A DNA stretch of 64,000 bases, from assembly GCF_047617445.1 (NCBI RefSeq), contig NZ_JBLGBE010000005.1, positions 5,093 through 69,092 on the forward strand, given 5' to 3'. The first letter of the stretch is position 1. Every line of letters starts with the position of its first letter. Source of the stretch: Congregibacter sp. GTDB lineage: Bacteria; Pseudomonadota; Gammaproteobacteria; Pseudomonadales; Halieaceae. Shown one piece after another: positions 9,114 to 17,024 of this stretch. The notes under the pieces are model-generated. The model saw nothing but the letters and a program-made list of their open reading frames with translations, did not search any database and was not told the DNA's origin. The translations under genes and the position numbers were made by a program.

Positions 9114-9374
9114 CTAGTCTTTGGGGTTCATGATCGCCGCTTTGGCTTTTTCCATGTCTACTGCGCTCGCAGCTTTTTCCATGTCTACGGCTTCGGCCGC
9201 TTTCTTGTAATCAACGCCGTCGGTGCTAACAGCCGCCTTGGCTTTTTCCATGTCCACGGACTCCGTTGCTTTGTCGGTATCGACTGCTTCCATGAGTTTA
9301 TTTAAATCCTGAGCATGTGCTGCAGAGATAGAGAACAGCGCCGTCGCTGCTACAGAAGCTAGTAAAGTTTTCAT
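9114..9374 (-). CDS. Small secreted repeat protein (86 aa) of unknown function
   Basis: The likely start is the internal MKTLLASVAATALFSISAAHA signal peptide (ATG at 9372-9374). The mature ~65 aa consists of about five degenerate ~10-aa repeats: AVDTDKATE, SVDMEKAKAA, GVDYKKAAE, AVDMEKAAS, AVDMEKAKAA. At DNA level GCTTTTTCCATGTC(T/C)AC recurs three times. Confidence 0.55.
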   Translation of the reverse strand: MKTLLASVAATALFSISAAHAQDLNKLMEAVDTDKATESVDMEKAKAAVSTDGVDYKKAAEAVDMEKAASAVDMEKAKAAIMNPKD

Positions 9375-9468
9375 GTTGTATTCCTGAATGTGGGTAGTGA
9401 TCGATCCTGGGGCCTGAGAACTTAGCCGCCGGACCATAACATAGCACTTTTGAGCAAAGCTTGGTCAA

Positions 9469-10920
9469 TCAGTGTTTGCGTCGATGGTCACGCACAATCT
9501 TGCCTCGCAAGATCACTAGCCGGATGTCTCGGCTGTGGCGTATGTCGTCCAAGGGGTTTGTATCCAATAGGAGCAGGTCAGCCTGGTAGCCTTGGGCAAC
9601 CTGGCCCATACGATCCTCCACTCCAAAAAAGCTCGCGGGCACCAGCGTCGCTGCGGCGAATGCGATTTGCGTATCCAATCCCGCCGCGACAAGAATTTCA
9701 AGTTCGCGATGTAAGCTGTAACCGGGGATAGCCCAGCCGATAGGTGTATCAGTACCGGCGCCGATGCGGATGTTCCTGGCGGCGAGCCTGGGAATCATGC
9801 CTAAGGTCCATTCTCCTGCGACTTTGTAGCTGTTGGGGTCCATATACATCGACGCCTTCCTCCATTCACTGCTTATGGACTCAGGCAAAGCATCCAGGGC
9901 TTGGCCCCAGTCGTTTTGCGCAAAAGGCGGGTACTGCGTCATCGCGTTGAGCCTTGCAGTGGGCACTTGGATCGTGGCGCTAAGGCTGGCGAGCACACGC
10001 TCACAACGAGCCGGATCCTCGTTTTGGATCGCGGGATCGCGCTGCGCCCTATGAATGCTGCTGCGTAGACTCATACCTGGCTGTTCTTGTCCTGCTTCTA
10101 GCAGAACACGGCGTTCTTCAAGCAGGGCGTCAGCGTCACGAGCGCAGTCCATTTCCAGGTTGCGCAGGTGCTCCATCGATTGAACCCTTGGGGCCGCATC
10201 CGAGGCGAGCATTGACAGGGGAACGTGAGCGGCGATGGGTAAGTTGTGCAACGATGCTTCTACAACGAAAGCGTCGAAAACTTCCGGAGATACCATTTCA
10301 TAAATCTTTATGAAATCGACGCCCGCAGCCACTAGCGCGTTGATCTTGCTACGGGCCTGCGCTGCGGTGAGGTGGCCTTCGCCAATACCTGATTCGTCAT
10401 TACCGCCATACACCACCGGGGAACCATCCAGTAGTGGGCCTGCAAAAAACACCCGAGGAGCCTCGGCACCCGGGCCGTAGAGTGATGCCAATATAGGCTT
10501 CAGGCGCTTAAGATCACCCCCGGTGTCGCGAACGCTGGTAATGCCATAGTCGAGAAACAGATCAGGCATGATGTCGATGAAGCGCGAGTCGTAGCTTAGG
10601 TGAACATGCATATCCCAAAGCCCTGGAGTCAGGAAGCGGCCTTGCCCGTCGATAATTGCGGCCCCAGTGGGCGCTGCAAGATTTTTCCCCATGGATTGGA
10701 TGTGTCCTGCATCGATCAAAACATCCTGAGTTTGCATAAGACCGTGTTTGGCATCTACCGGGGTGACGTTGCGAATCAGCAGCGGTAAAGCTTCTGATTC
10801 TGGTGCCGCCGACAAAATTCCACTGAGGACAATTAGCGCTAACCCAGCACAGAGCTTCGCTACCTTTATGGGATAGCCAGGAGAGTGGAGGAAGCCGGAC
10901 TTTTGCGCGCTATAGTGCAT
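9469..10920 (-). CDS. Exported amidohydrolase-superfamily metallohydrolase
   Basis: 483 aa with an N-terminal hydrophobic signal/anchor (LCAGLALIVLSGILSAA), the HxH metal motif (WDMHVHLSY) and later conserved His/Asp (AAHVP, GAGTDTP) typical of PF01979 amidohydrolases. Substrate is unknown. Confidence 0.7.
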   Translation of the reverse strand: MHYSAQKSGFLHSPGYPIKVAKLCAGLALIVLSGILSAAPESEALPLLIRNVTPVDAKHGLMQTQDVLIDAGHIQSMGKNLAAPTGAAIIDGQGRFLTPGLWDMHVHLSYDSRFIDIMPDLFLDYGITSVRDTGGDLKRLKPILASLYGPGAEAPRVFFAGPLLDGSPVVYGGNDESGIGEGHLTAAQARSKINALVAAGVDFIKIYEMVSPEVFDAFVVEASLHNLPIAAHVPLSMLASDAAPRVQSMEHLRNLEMDCARDADALLEERRVLLEAGQEQPGMSLRSSIHRAQRDPAIQNEDPARCERVLASLSATIQVPTARLNAMTQYPPFAQNDWGQALDALPESISSEWRKASMYMDPNSYKVAGEWTLGMIPRLAARNIRIGAGTDTPIGWAIPGYSLHRELEILVAAGLDTQIAFAAATLVPASFFGVEDRMGQVAQGYQADLLLLDTNPLDDIRHSRDIRLVILRGKIVRDHRRKH

Positions 10921-10949
10921 CGCTATTCCTTCAACTAAAAAATCAGACT

Positions 10950-12443
10950 ATGCAACTGCGAACCCTGCAAGTACAGAGTTGTGTGAGTGCCACCTTTGCT
11001 TCCGTAGCTTTGTGGCTCCTGATGGCTGCACTGTTTTTTCTTCCGTCGGAAGACGCGGTTGCCCAGAGCAATCGTCAGAACGTGCTGGTGATTTACGTCG
11101 ATGATTTGGGGTATGGCGATACCGGAGTTTATGGCCACAGTGTGGTGAAGACCCCGAATATTGATCGACTCGCCGAAGAAGGCATGCGCTTTACGCAGTT
11201 CTATGCGCCATCCGCGTTGTGTTCACCATCTCGAGCGGGCCTACTCACTGGACGCAACCCGTATCGCACGGGAGTTGAAAGCTGGATACCGAATGATTCA
11301 CTGGTGGCGTTGGGAGACAACGAGACGACGCTTGCTGATCTAGCCAAGGAACGCGGCTACCGCACTGCGGTGATTGGTAAATGGCATCTCAATGGTGGAC
11401 TGCATATGCAGAACGCCCCGCAGCCCCGGGACTTTGGTTTTGATTATCAGTATGGACTGGCTGCCTGGGTAAAAAATGCGGCGGTGAGGGAATCTACACA
11501 GCTACCTCGACGTGGCGCGATGTTTCCGGACAATATGTATCGTAACAATACAGCGGTAGGACCTACGCAGAAATACAGCGCTGAGCTTGTGAGCGATGAG
11601 GCCATTGGTTGGCTTAAGAGCGCCTCGGGTCCGTTTTTTCTGCTGTTGACCTACAGTGAGGTGCATACGCCTATCGCATCGCCGCCGAATTACTTGGCGC
11701 AGTATCAGGCCCACCTCAGTCAGGAGGCGAAGGACAATCCTTTGATGTACTACTTCGATTGGCGTGACCGACCCTGGCGGGGTCGGGGGGAATATTATGC
11801 CAACGTTAGCTACATGGATGCCCAGCTGGGGAGGGTGATCGAGTACCTTCGGGAGAAGGGCGTTCTGGATGACACCCTGGTTATTTTTAGTAGTGACAAT
11901 GGCCCTGTTACGGATGCCCCCGTAACACCTTGGGAGATAGGTATGGCGGGTGAAACCGCGGGACTCAGGGGTAAGAAACGCTTTCTGTTTGAGGGGGGCT
12001 TGCGGGTACCGGGCATTATTCGCTATCCCGCACGAGTGCAAGCCGGACGCATCGAGCAGCGTCCAGCTACGGCTTTAGATGTCTTCCCTACGCTTGCACA
12101 GTGGCTGGGCGTAACGGTGAACCCGTCCGTGCCTCTGGATGGAGAGTCGCTATGGCCGCTTATCGATGAGCAGGAATTTGAACGTCAGCAGCTGCTCTAC
12201 TGGTCAATCCCAACGCCCGATGGCATGGAGTTCGCAGTGCGAGACGGGGACTGGAAACTGATTGTAGACAGCGAGGGCGTGCCCCGACACTTATTTGATC
12301 TGGCGAGCGACTGGTACGAACTTAACAACCTGCTCGAGTCTGAGTCTGCGGTCCGCGAGCGTCTCTTGCAGCTGTACGAAGTTCGACGGGCAGCAGTAGA
12401 GACCGATCCGCTGGCGCTCGCAAGGAAAAGTCGCGAGCGCTAA
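10950..12443 (+). CDS. Formylglycine-dependent sulfatase (arylsulfatase family), exported
   Basis: 497 aa with a signal peptide, the metal site VIYVDDLGYGD and the sulfatase signature SALCSPSRAGLLTGR (C-x-P-x-R). GKWHLN and SDNGP motifs are present. Confidence 0.85.
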   Translation: MQLRTLQVQSCVSATFASVALWLLMAALFFLPSEDAVAQSNRQNVLVIYVDDLGYGDTGVYGHSVVKTPNIDRLAEEGMRFTQFYAPSALCSPSRAGLLTGRNPYRTGVESWIPNDSLVALGDNETTLADLAKERGYRTAVIGKWHLNGGLHMQNAPQPRDFGFDYQYGLAAWVKNAAVRESTQLPRRGAMFPDNMYRNNTAVGPTQKYSAELVSDEAIGWLKSASGPFFLLLTYSEVHTPIASPPNYLAQYQAHLSQEAKDNPLMYYFDWRDRPWRGRGEYYANVSYMDAQLGRVIEYLREKGVLDDTLVIFSSDNGPVTDAPVTPWEIGMAGETAGLRGKKRFLFEGGLRVPGIIRYPARVQAGRIEQRPATALDVFPTLAQWLGVTVNPSVPLDGESLWPLIDEQEFERQQLLYWSIPTPDGMEFAVRDGDWKLIVDSEGVPRHLFDLASDWYELNNLLESESAVRERLLQLYEVRRAAVETDPLALARKSRER

Positions 12444-12476
12444 CCGACAGTCAAATACAGCGATAGAAGGTCTGTA

Positions 12477-14420
12477 CTACCAAGCGATGCCGTAGTCATC
12501 TCCATAGTCACTGGCGCCGCCCTGGAAGGTTCCCTGCTTGGGGTCAATCAGAATCGCTGTAATGGGGCTGTAGGTGCGGTCGACGACTTCAACGTTATAG
12601 CCCATCTCCTTAAGACGGTCCCGTGTATAGGGCGGTAATTGGCGTGTCACGTCCAGACGACCAGGCTCGCTGACATGCGCACCAAAGGAGCTTTGCATCT
12701 GGTAGCTCGTTACGTTGTGTGCTTCGGCGGCCTGCTGCACATTCATGCCAAACTCAACCACGTTCAAAAAGAACTGCAGCAGATTTTGATCCTGCGTGTC
12801 TCCGCCCTGTACTGAGAACGCCATGATCGGCTCTCCGTCTTTGAGTGCCAGGCTGGGGGTCAGCGTGGCGCGAGGACGCTTGCCCGGCGCGACGACATTG
12901 AAGGGGTTGATGCGCTCATCCAGGACAAAGCTCTGCATACGCTGACTGAGGCCCACCCCACTGTCGCCCGCGATGAAGGCAGGTATCCAGCCACCCGAGG
13001 GCGTTATCGATACGACCCAGCCTTCGGCATCTGCCGCTTGGATGGAGGTCGTGCCGGCAATGAAGCCATCGTCATGATCTGCGCCGGCTTGCTGAAATCC
13101 GTCCGAACCATCGGCCGTGGCTGAGGGAGGAATGGGCGACCACTCTTCCAAAAGCTTGCCAAAGGGGTTTTTATCGCCCTGGAAGGGATAGGGGTCGCCG
13201 GGTCTGGCCGTAACGTCATTTTTCTCGGGCTTGATGAGTGCACGGCGCTGGGCAGCATATTCTTTGCTTAACAAACCTTCGATAGGTTCTGCCGGAGGGA
13301 AGTAGGGGTCACCGTAGTAGAAATCGCGATCTGCAAAAGCCAGATTCATGGTTTGGTACAGCGTGTGAATGTAGTTGGCGCTGTTGTAGCCCATCGCTTT
13401 CAGGTCATAGGGTTCGAGAATGTTCAGGGCCTGGAGCATCGCCGGACCCTGTACCCAGGTAGTGAGCTTGTAGACATCGATCCCCTTGTAGTTGGTGCTC
13501 ACAGGCTCTTCGATGTGGACCTCCCAGTGGGCGAGGTCTTCTTCGGTGAACAGACCGCCTTGCTCGCGGGTCGCGCGGACTATTTCCTTTGCAATGTCGC
13601 CGCGATAAAAGCGCTCATAGGCCGCATAAATAGCCTCCTTACGGGATTTTCCTGCGGCGAGAGCCTCGGCTTCAGCGTCTACCAGTTTTTGCAGTGTTGC
13701 CAGTAGCTCTAGTTGCTTGAATATCTCGCCGCCGACCGGCGCGGCGCGCTGCTCCGGATTACTGTCGTCCAGATGAGGCAGGAACACACGCTTGGAATCT
13801 GGCCACTGCGAAATAATGTCTCGACGGCCTTCGATGTTATCCGCCTGCACGCCTTCAATCGGATAGCCCTCAGCCATTTGCATAGAAGGCGCTAACACTT
13901 CGGCGAGGCTCAGGCGACCGTACTCCGCGAGCATAACCATAAGCCCGCCGGGGGTTCCTGGAGTGACTGCTGCTAAGGGGCCGTACTCCGGGGGGTACAC
14001 CATGCCTTTTTCGCGAAAGAACTCGGGTGTCGCGCCGGTGGGGGCAACGCCGAGGGCATTAATGCCCAGGACTTTTCCGGTCTCGGGGTTGTAGATCAGG
14101 GCCTGCGTCTCTCCGCCCCAGCCCAGCGTATCCCACATGGTGGATGTCGCGCCTAGCATCGCACATGCCGCATCAACAGCGTTGCCACCCCGAGCGAACA
14201 TCATGGCGCCAGCACTCGCGGCGAGGGGCTTACCGGTGACTGCCGCCCAATGTCGACCGTGAAGCACAGGCTTTGCGGTGCTTTGCGCGAATGTGGGTGT
14301 TACAGCAGCGACGGCCAGTCCCAGACAGATGCCTAGGGTGGTGGCGACTTGGCCAAAAATTGCGCGTTTGTTATGGATATCAGTGTGAACCACGATGTGT
14401 CTCCATCGGTTGATAAGCAA
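12477..14420 (-). CDS. ggt: Gamma-glutamyltransferase family protein, exported
   Basis: 647 aa. Signal peptide ending TPTFAQS, a GGT large-subunit region (AVDAACAM, GGNAVDAA), and a candidate autoprocessing/nucleophile Thr in FIAGTTSIQAAD. The start is uncertain: TTG at 14420, or GTG 27-30 nt downstream. Confidence 0.8.
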   Translation of the reverse strand: MLINRWRHIVVHTDIHNKRAIFGQVATTLGICLGLAVAAVTPTFAQSTAKPVLHGRHWAAVTGKPLAASAGAMMFARGGNAVDAACAMLGATSTMWDTLGWGGETQALIYNPETGKVLGINALGVAPTGATPEFFREKGMVYPPEYGPLAAVTPGTPGGLMVMLAEYGRLSLAEVLAPSMQMAEGYPIEGVQADNIEGRRDIISQWPDSKRVFLPHLDDSNPEQRAAPVGGEIFKQLELLATLQKLVDAEAEALAAGKSRKEAIYAAYERFYRGDIAKEIVRATREQGGLFTEEDLAHWEVHIEEPVSTNYKGIDVYKLTTWVQGPAMLQALNILEPYDLKAMGYNSANYIHTLYQTMNLAFADRDFYYGDPYFPPAEPIEGLLSKEYAAQRRALIKPEKNDVTARPGDPYPFQGDKNPFGKLLEEWSPIPPSATADGSDGFQQAGADHDDGFIAGTTSIQAADAEGWVVSITPSGGWIPAFIAGDSGVGLSQRMQSFVLDERINPFNVVAPGKRPRATLTPSLALKDGEPIMAFSVQGGDTQDQNLLQFFLNVVEFGMNVQQAAEAHNVTSYQMQSSFGAHVSEPGRLDVTRQLPPYTRDRLKEMGYNVEVVDRTYSPITAILIDPKQGTFQGGASDYGDDYGIAW

Positions 14421-14461
14421 AAGAAAGCCTAAGAAGCTACGTAGGCTAGCTTATTTGTTGA

Positions 14462-15589
14462 TCAGTTACTGCCTTCGGCGGGCGCGGGTATCGCTATTGC
14501 CGTTCCGTCACGATTCGCTCTGTAATGCGGCGAAAGAATCTCAATGTTATCTTTTCGAATGATGTCTTGTATATGCGAGTGCATTTCCGACGCTATCGGC
14601 TGCTTGGCGGAAGGATTGCGGATATAGGCGTTAAGCTCGTAAGCGACATAGTTGTCATCCAGACTGGTTTGCAAAACAAACGGGGAGGCTCCTCCAAGAC
14701 ATGTGTGGCGACACTGGCAGCTTTACAACGCAGTTGATGCACCCGCGTCCACGCGACGTCGTAACCAATGGTCACCGTTGTGTGCAAGAGAGCGCCCGCT
14801 TCTTTGGCCTGCGCACTAAAGTTGACAATGTGGTTGTTCATGACAATGGCGTTAGGTACAGGGACTTCTTCATTTTCTGGCATGCGGATACGCGTCACAA
14901 AAGCACTTCGCTCAATCACGTCGCCCTCGGTATCTGCAATACGCACCCGATCACCAACTTTAAATCCACGGGTATAGCTGACCACAATGCCCGACATCAC
15001 ATTTGCCCCGGCCGACGTCGAGCCCAGAGAAACGATTACCGCAAAGAATATGGATAGACCCTGGAAAGCGGGGCTGCTGGAGCCGGGGACATAAGGGAAC
15101 ACGATGACCAGAGTGATGGCGATGATCAGTAGGCGAGATAGGCCCTAACTGGTGTCTGCCCCGCCGGGATAAAAGTCAGGCAAAGTATTGAGGCAAGAAT
15201 GATGCCGAACTACGCAAAAACAAAGCCGATAATATTGACGGCAAGATCCCGGCTCCATGGGAACTGTGTGAATACAAGGTTCAGCCAACTGATTAGCAGA
15301 ATGGCTCGCAGTAAGCGCCAAACGCCGTTTACAACGCTGTGCAGTGCACGTGCGAGTTCTCTCTTGGTAAAGATTTGTGATCTTGCACGGTGAGGGCTCG
15401 CGCGCCGGAACTCTCCGCATCGATCCAGCGATGAACGCCTTTCCGCCAGCGATCGAGTCATCGCCAGGCTACCCATATCATGAACGATACGAGCAGGAGC
15501 GCGCCTGCGCGGGATGCAATGTTCACTCAAAAGGCATTGCCCATCCATTGGGCCAGCCAGAGTTCGAGTGTTTCGAGGCTTTGATTCAT
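14462..15589 (-). pseudogene. Degraded MscS-family mechanosensitive channel gene
   Basis: MscS-like sequence is spread over four reading frames. It includes NIIGFVFA, LSRLLIIAITLVIVFPYVPG, GANVMSGIVVSYTRGFKVGDRVRI, TIGYDVAWTRVHQL and FVLQTSLDDNYVAYELNAYIRN. In-frame TGA codons lie at 15527-15529 and 15458-15460, both where Trp fits the context (AF*VNI, WR*LDRW). There is an in-frame TAG at 15210-15212. At least three frameshifts are present, one at the G4 run 14682-14685. Confidence 0.8.
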
Positions 15590-15743
15590 AGTTCAGGACG
15601 GATAGGCGACTCTTTTTCCAGGATGCGTTAAGCCACCCTGACCTGCCCCGCATGCCAATTCTCTCCAGGTAATTTTCGCTTATAGGGCTAAAGCTGTCCG
15701 AAGGTGCTTGCCGGACGTCCACGAGCTTTCTAGTATCGTCCCA

Positions 15744-16865
15744 ATGACCGAAGACTCGTCTCCTAGCGCTCGCAAGATCATCCATGTCGACATGGATGCT
15801 TTCTATGCCAGCGTGGAACAGCGCGATGATCCTACGTTGCGGGACAAACCCCTCGCTGTAGGGGGCTCGGCCAAACGGGGTGTTGTGGCTGCGGCCAGCT
15901 ACGAGGCGCGAAAGTTTGGGGTAAAGTCGGCTATGCCCGGCGTTACCGCTCGGCGCCGCTGTCCTCAACTATTATTCGTAAAGCCTCGCTTTGACGTGTA
16001 TCGATCAGTGTCCAAGCAATTGCACGAAATATTTGCTCGCTATACGGACCTTATTGAGCCGCTATCGCTGGACGAAGCCTACTTGGATGTCACGGCTGAT
16101 ACCGCGGGCATCGGTAGCGCTACAGCAATCGCAGAAGCTATCCGCCGAGATATCCGTAATGAGCTCTTTTTAACGGCCAGTGCGGGAGTGAGCTATAACA
16201 AGTTCATTGCCAAGGTGGCGTCGGACCAAAACAAACCGGATGGTGTGTTTGTGGTGAGGCCCGGAGAGGGAGCTGATTTTGTCGCGACCCTGCCGGCTCG
16301 GCGTTTCTATGGCGTGGGTCCCAGAACTGCGGAGCGCATGTCGGCACTGGGTATTCATACTGGTGCCGATATACGCGCTCAGTCCCTGATTTTTCTGGAA
16401 CAGCATTTTGGCAAGTCGGCCCAGTATTTGTACCGAGCCAGTCGCGGCGAAGACTATCGTTCTGTGCGCCCGGATCGTGAGCGGAAGTCTATCGGAGGCG
16501 AGCGCACTTATGCTGAGGATTTGATTGTTGACGATGACCTGCGCAATGCTCTGGAGCACATCATCGATATTGTCTGGGAGCGTATAGATCAAAACAGTAC
16601 GCAGGGAAAGACGGTTACTTTAAAAGTAAAGTACGCGGACTTTCAGCAGATAACCCGAGCGCGCTCGGTAAGCCCTCCTGTTCAGACTCGCGCTGATTTT
16701 GAGCGTCTCTCCCGGGAATTGTTAGAAGCCCTGCTCCCGGTAGTCAAAGGAGTGCGTTTACTGGGGCTCACTTTGTCGGGACTTGAATCATCTCCGGGGG
16801 GGCTGATTCACGACCCGGAAGGCGTTGCAGAGTCGAGTCCCGTGCAGGAGTCGCTGGCCTTTTGA
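15744..16865 (+). CDS. dinB: DNA polymerase IV (Y-family)
   Basis: Motifs IIHVDMDAFYASVEQRDDP, SIDEAYLDV-like SLDEAYLDVT, and ASAGVSYNKFIAKVASDQNKPDG. I prefer the ATG at 15744 over the TTG at 15708 used in the ORF track. Confidence 0.92.
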   Translation: MTEDSSPSARKIIHVDMDAFYASVEQRDDPTLRDKPLAVGGSAKRGVVAAASYEARKFGVKSAMPGVTARRRCPQLLFVKPRFDVYRSVSKQLHEIFARYTDLIEPLSLDEAYLDVTADTAGIGSATAIAEAIRRDIRNELFLTASAGVSYNKFIAKVASDQNKPDGVFVVRPGEGADFVATLPARRFYGVGPRTAERMSALGIHTGADIRAQSLIFLEQHFGKSAQYLYRASRGEDYRSVRPDRERKSIGGERTYAEDLIVDDDLRNALEHIIDIVWERIDQNSTQGKTVTLKVKYADFQQITRARSVSPPVQTRADFERLSRELLEALLPVVKGVRLLGLTLSGLESSPGGLIHDPEGVAESSPVQESLAF

Positions 16866-16944
16866 CGCCATCGGGCCTGTTCTTGTGGCAAAGTGTCCAT
16901 CCATCGATATGCATTGACCCGTTGGTTGCGCGAAGGTATTGAAC

Positions 16945-16960
16945 GGGCACGCTAATTGCT
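16945..16960 (+). promoter_or_regulatory. Sigma-54 (-24/-12) promoter upstream of the ureohydrolase gene
   Basis: GGGCACG-CTAA-TTGCT matches the consensus TGGCACG-N4-TTGCW at all positions except the first. The GG-to-GC spacing is exactly 12 nt. The -12 element lies 65 nt upstream of the ATG at 17025. Confidence 0.6.
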
Positions 16961-17024
16961 ATGTTTCCGGTGGATATGGTTGCTGCAACCGGAGTGTTGC
17001 GATTCCCTTTTTAAGGATCAACGT

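Noticed and set aside
14421-14461. Alternative short hairpins (AGCCTA/TAGGCT and AAGCTA/TAGCTT) between the MscS relic and ggt as a terminator
   Set aside because: The stems are only 6 bp with 7-10-nt loops. The T-rich run on the minus strand is suggestive but weak, so it is not annotated.
15590-15743. Searched for a LexA (SOS) box upstream of dinB
   Set aside because: I found no CTGT-N8-ACAG-type sequence. The nearest candidate, CTGTCCGAAGGTGCTT, lacks the second half-site. No claim about SOS regulation can be made from this window.
15210-15968. 252-aa minus-strand ORF spanning the dinB start region
   Set aside because: Only its last ~50 aa (ELARALHSVVNGVWRLLRAILLISWLNLVFTQFPWSRDLAVNIIGFVFA) are MscS-like. 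The rest is antisense to dinB and to the promoter region. I interpret it as one fragment of the MscS pseudogene fused to a spurious open frame.
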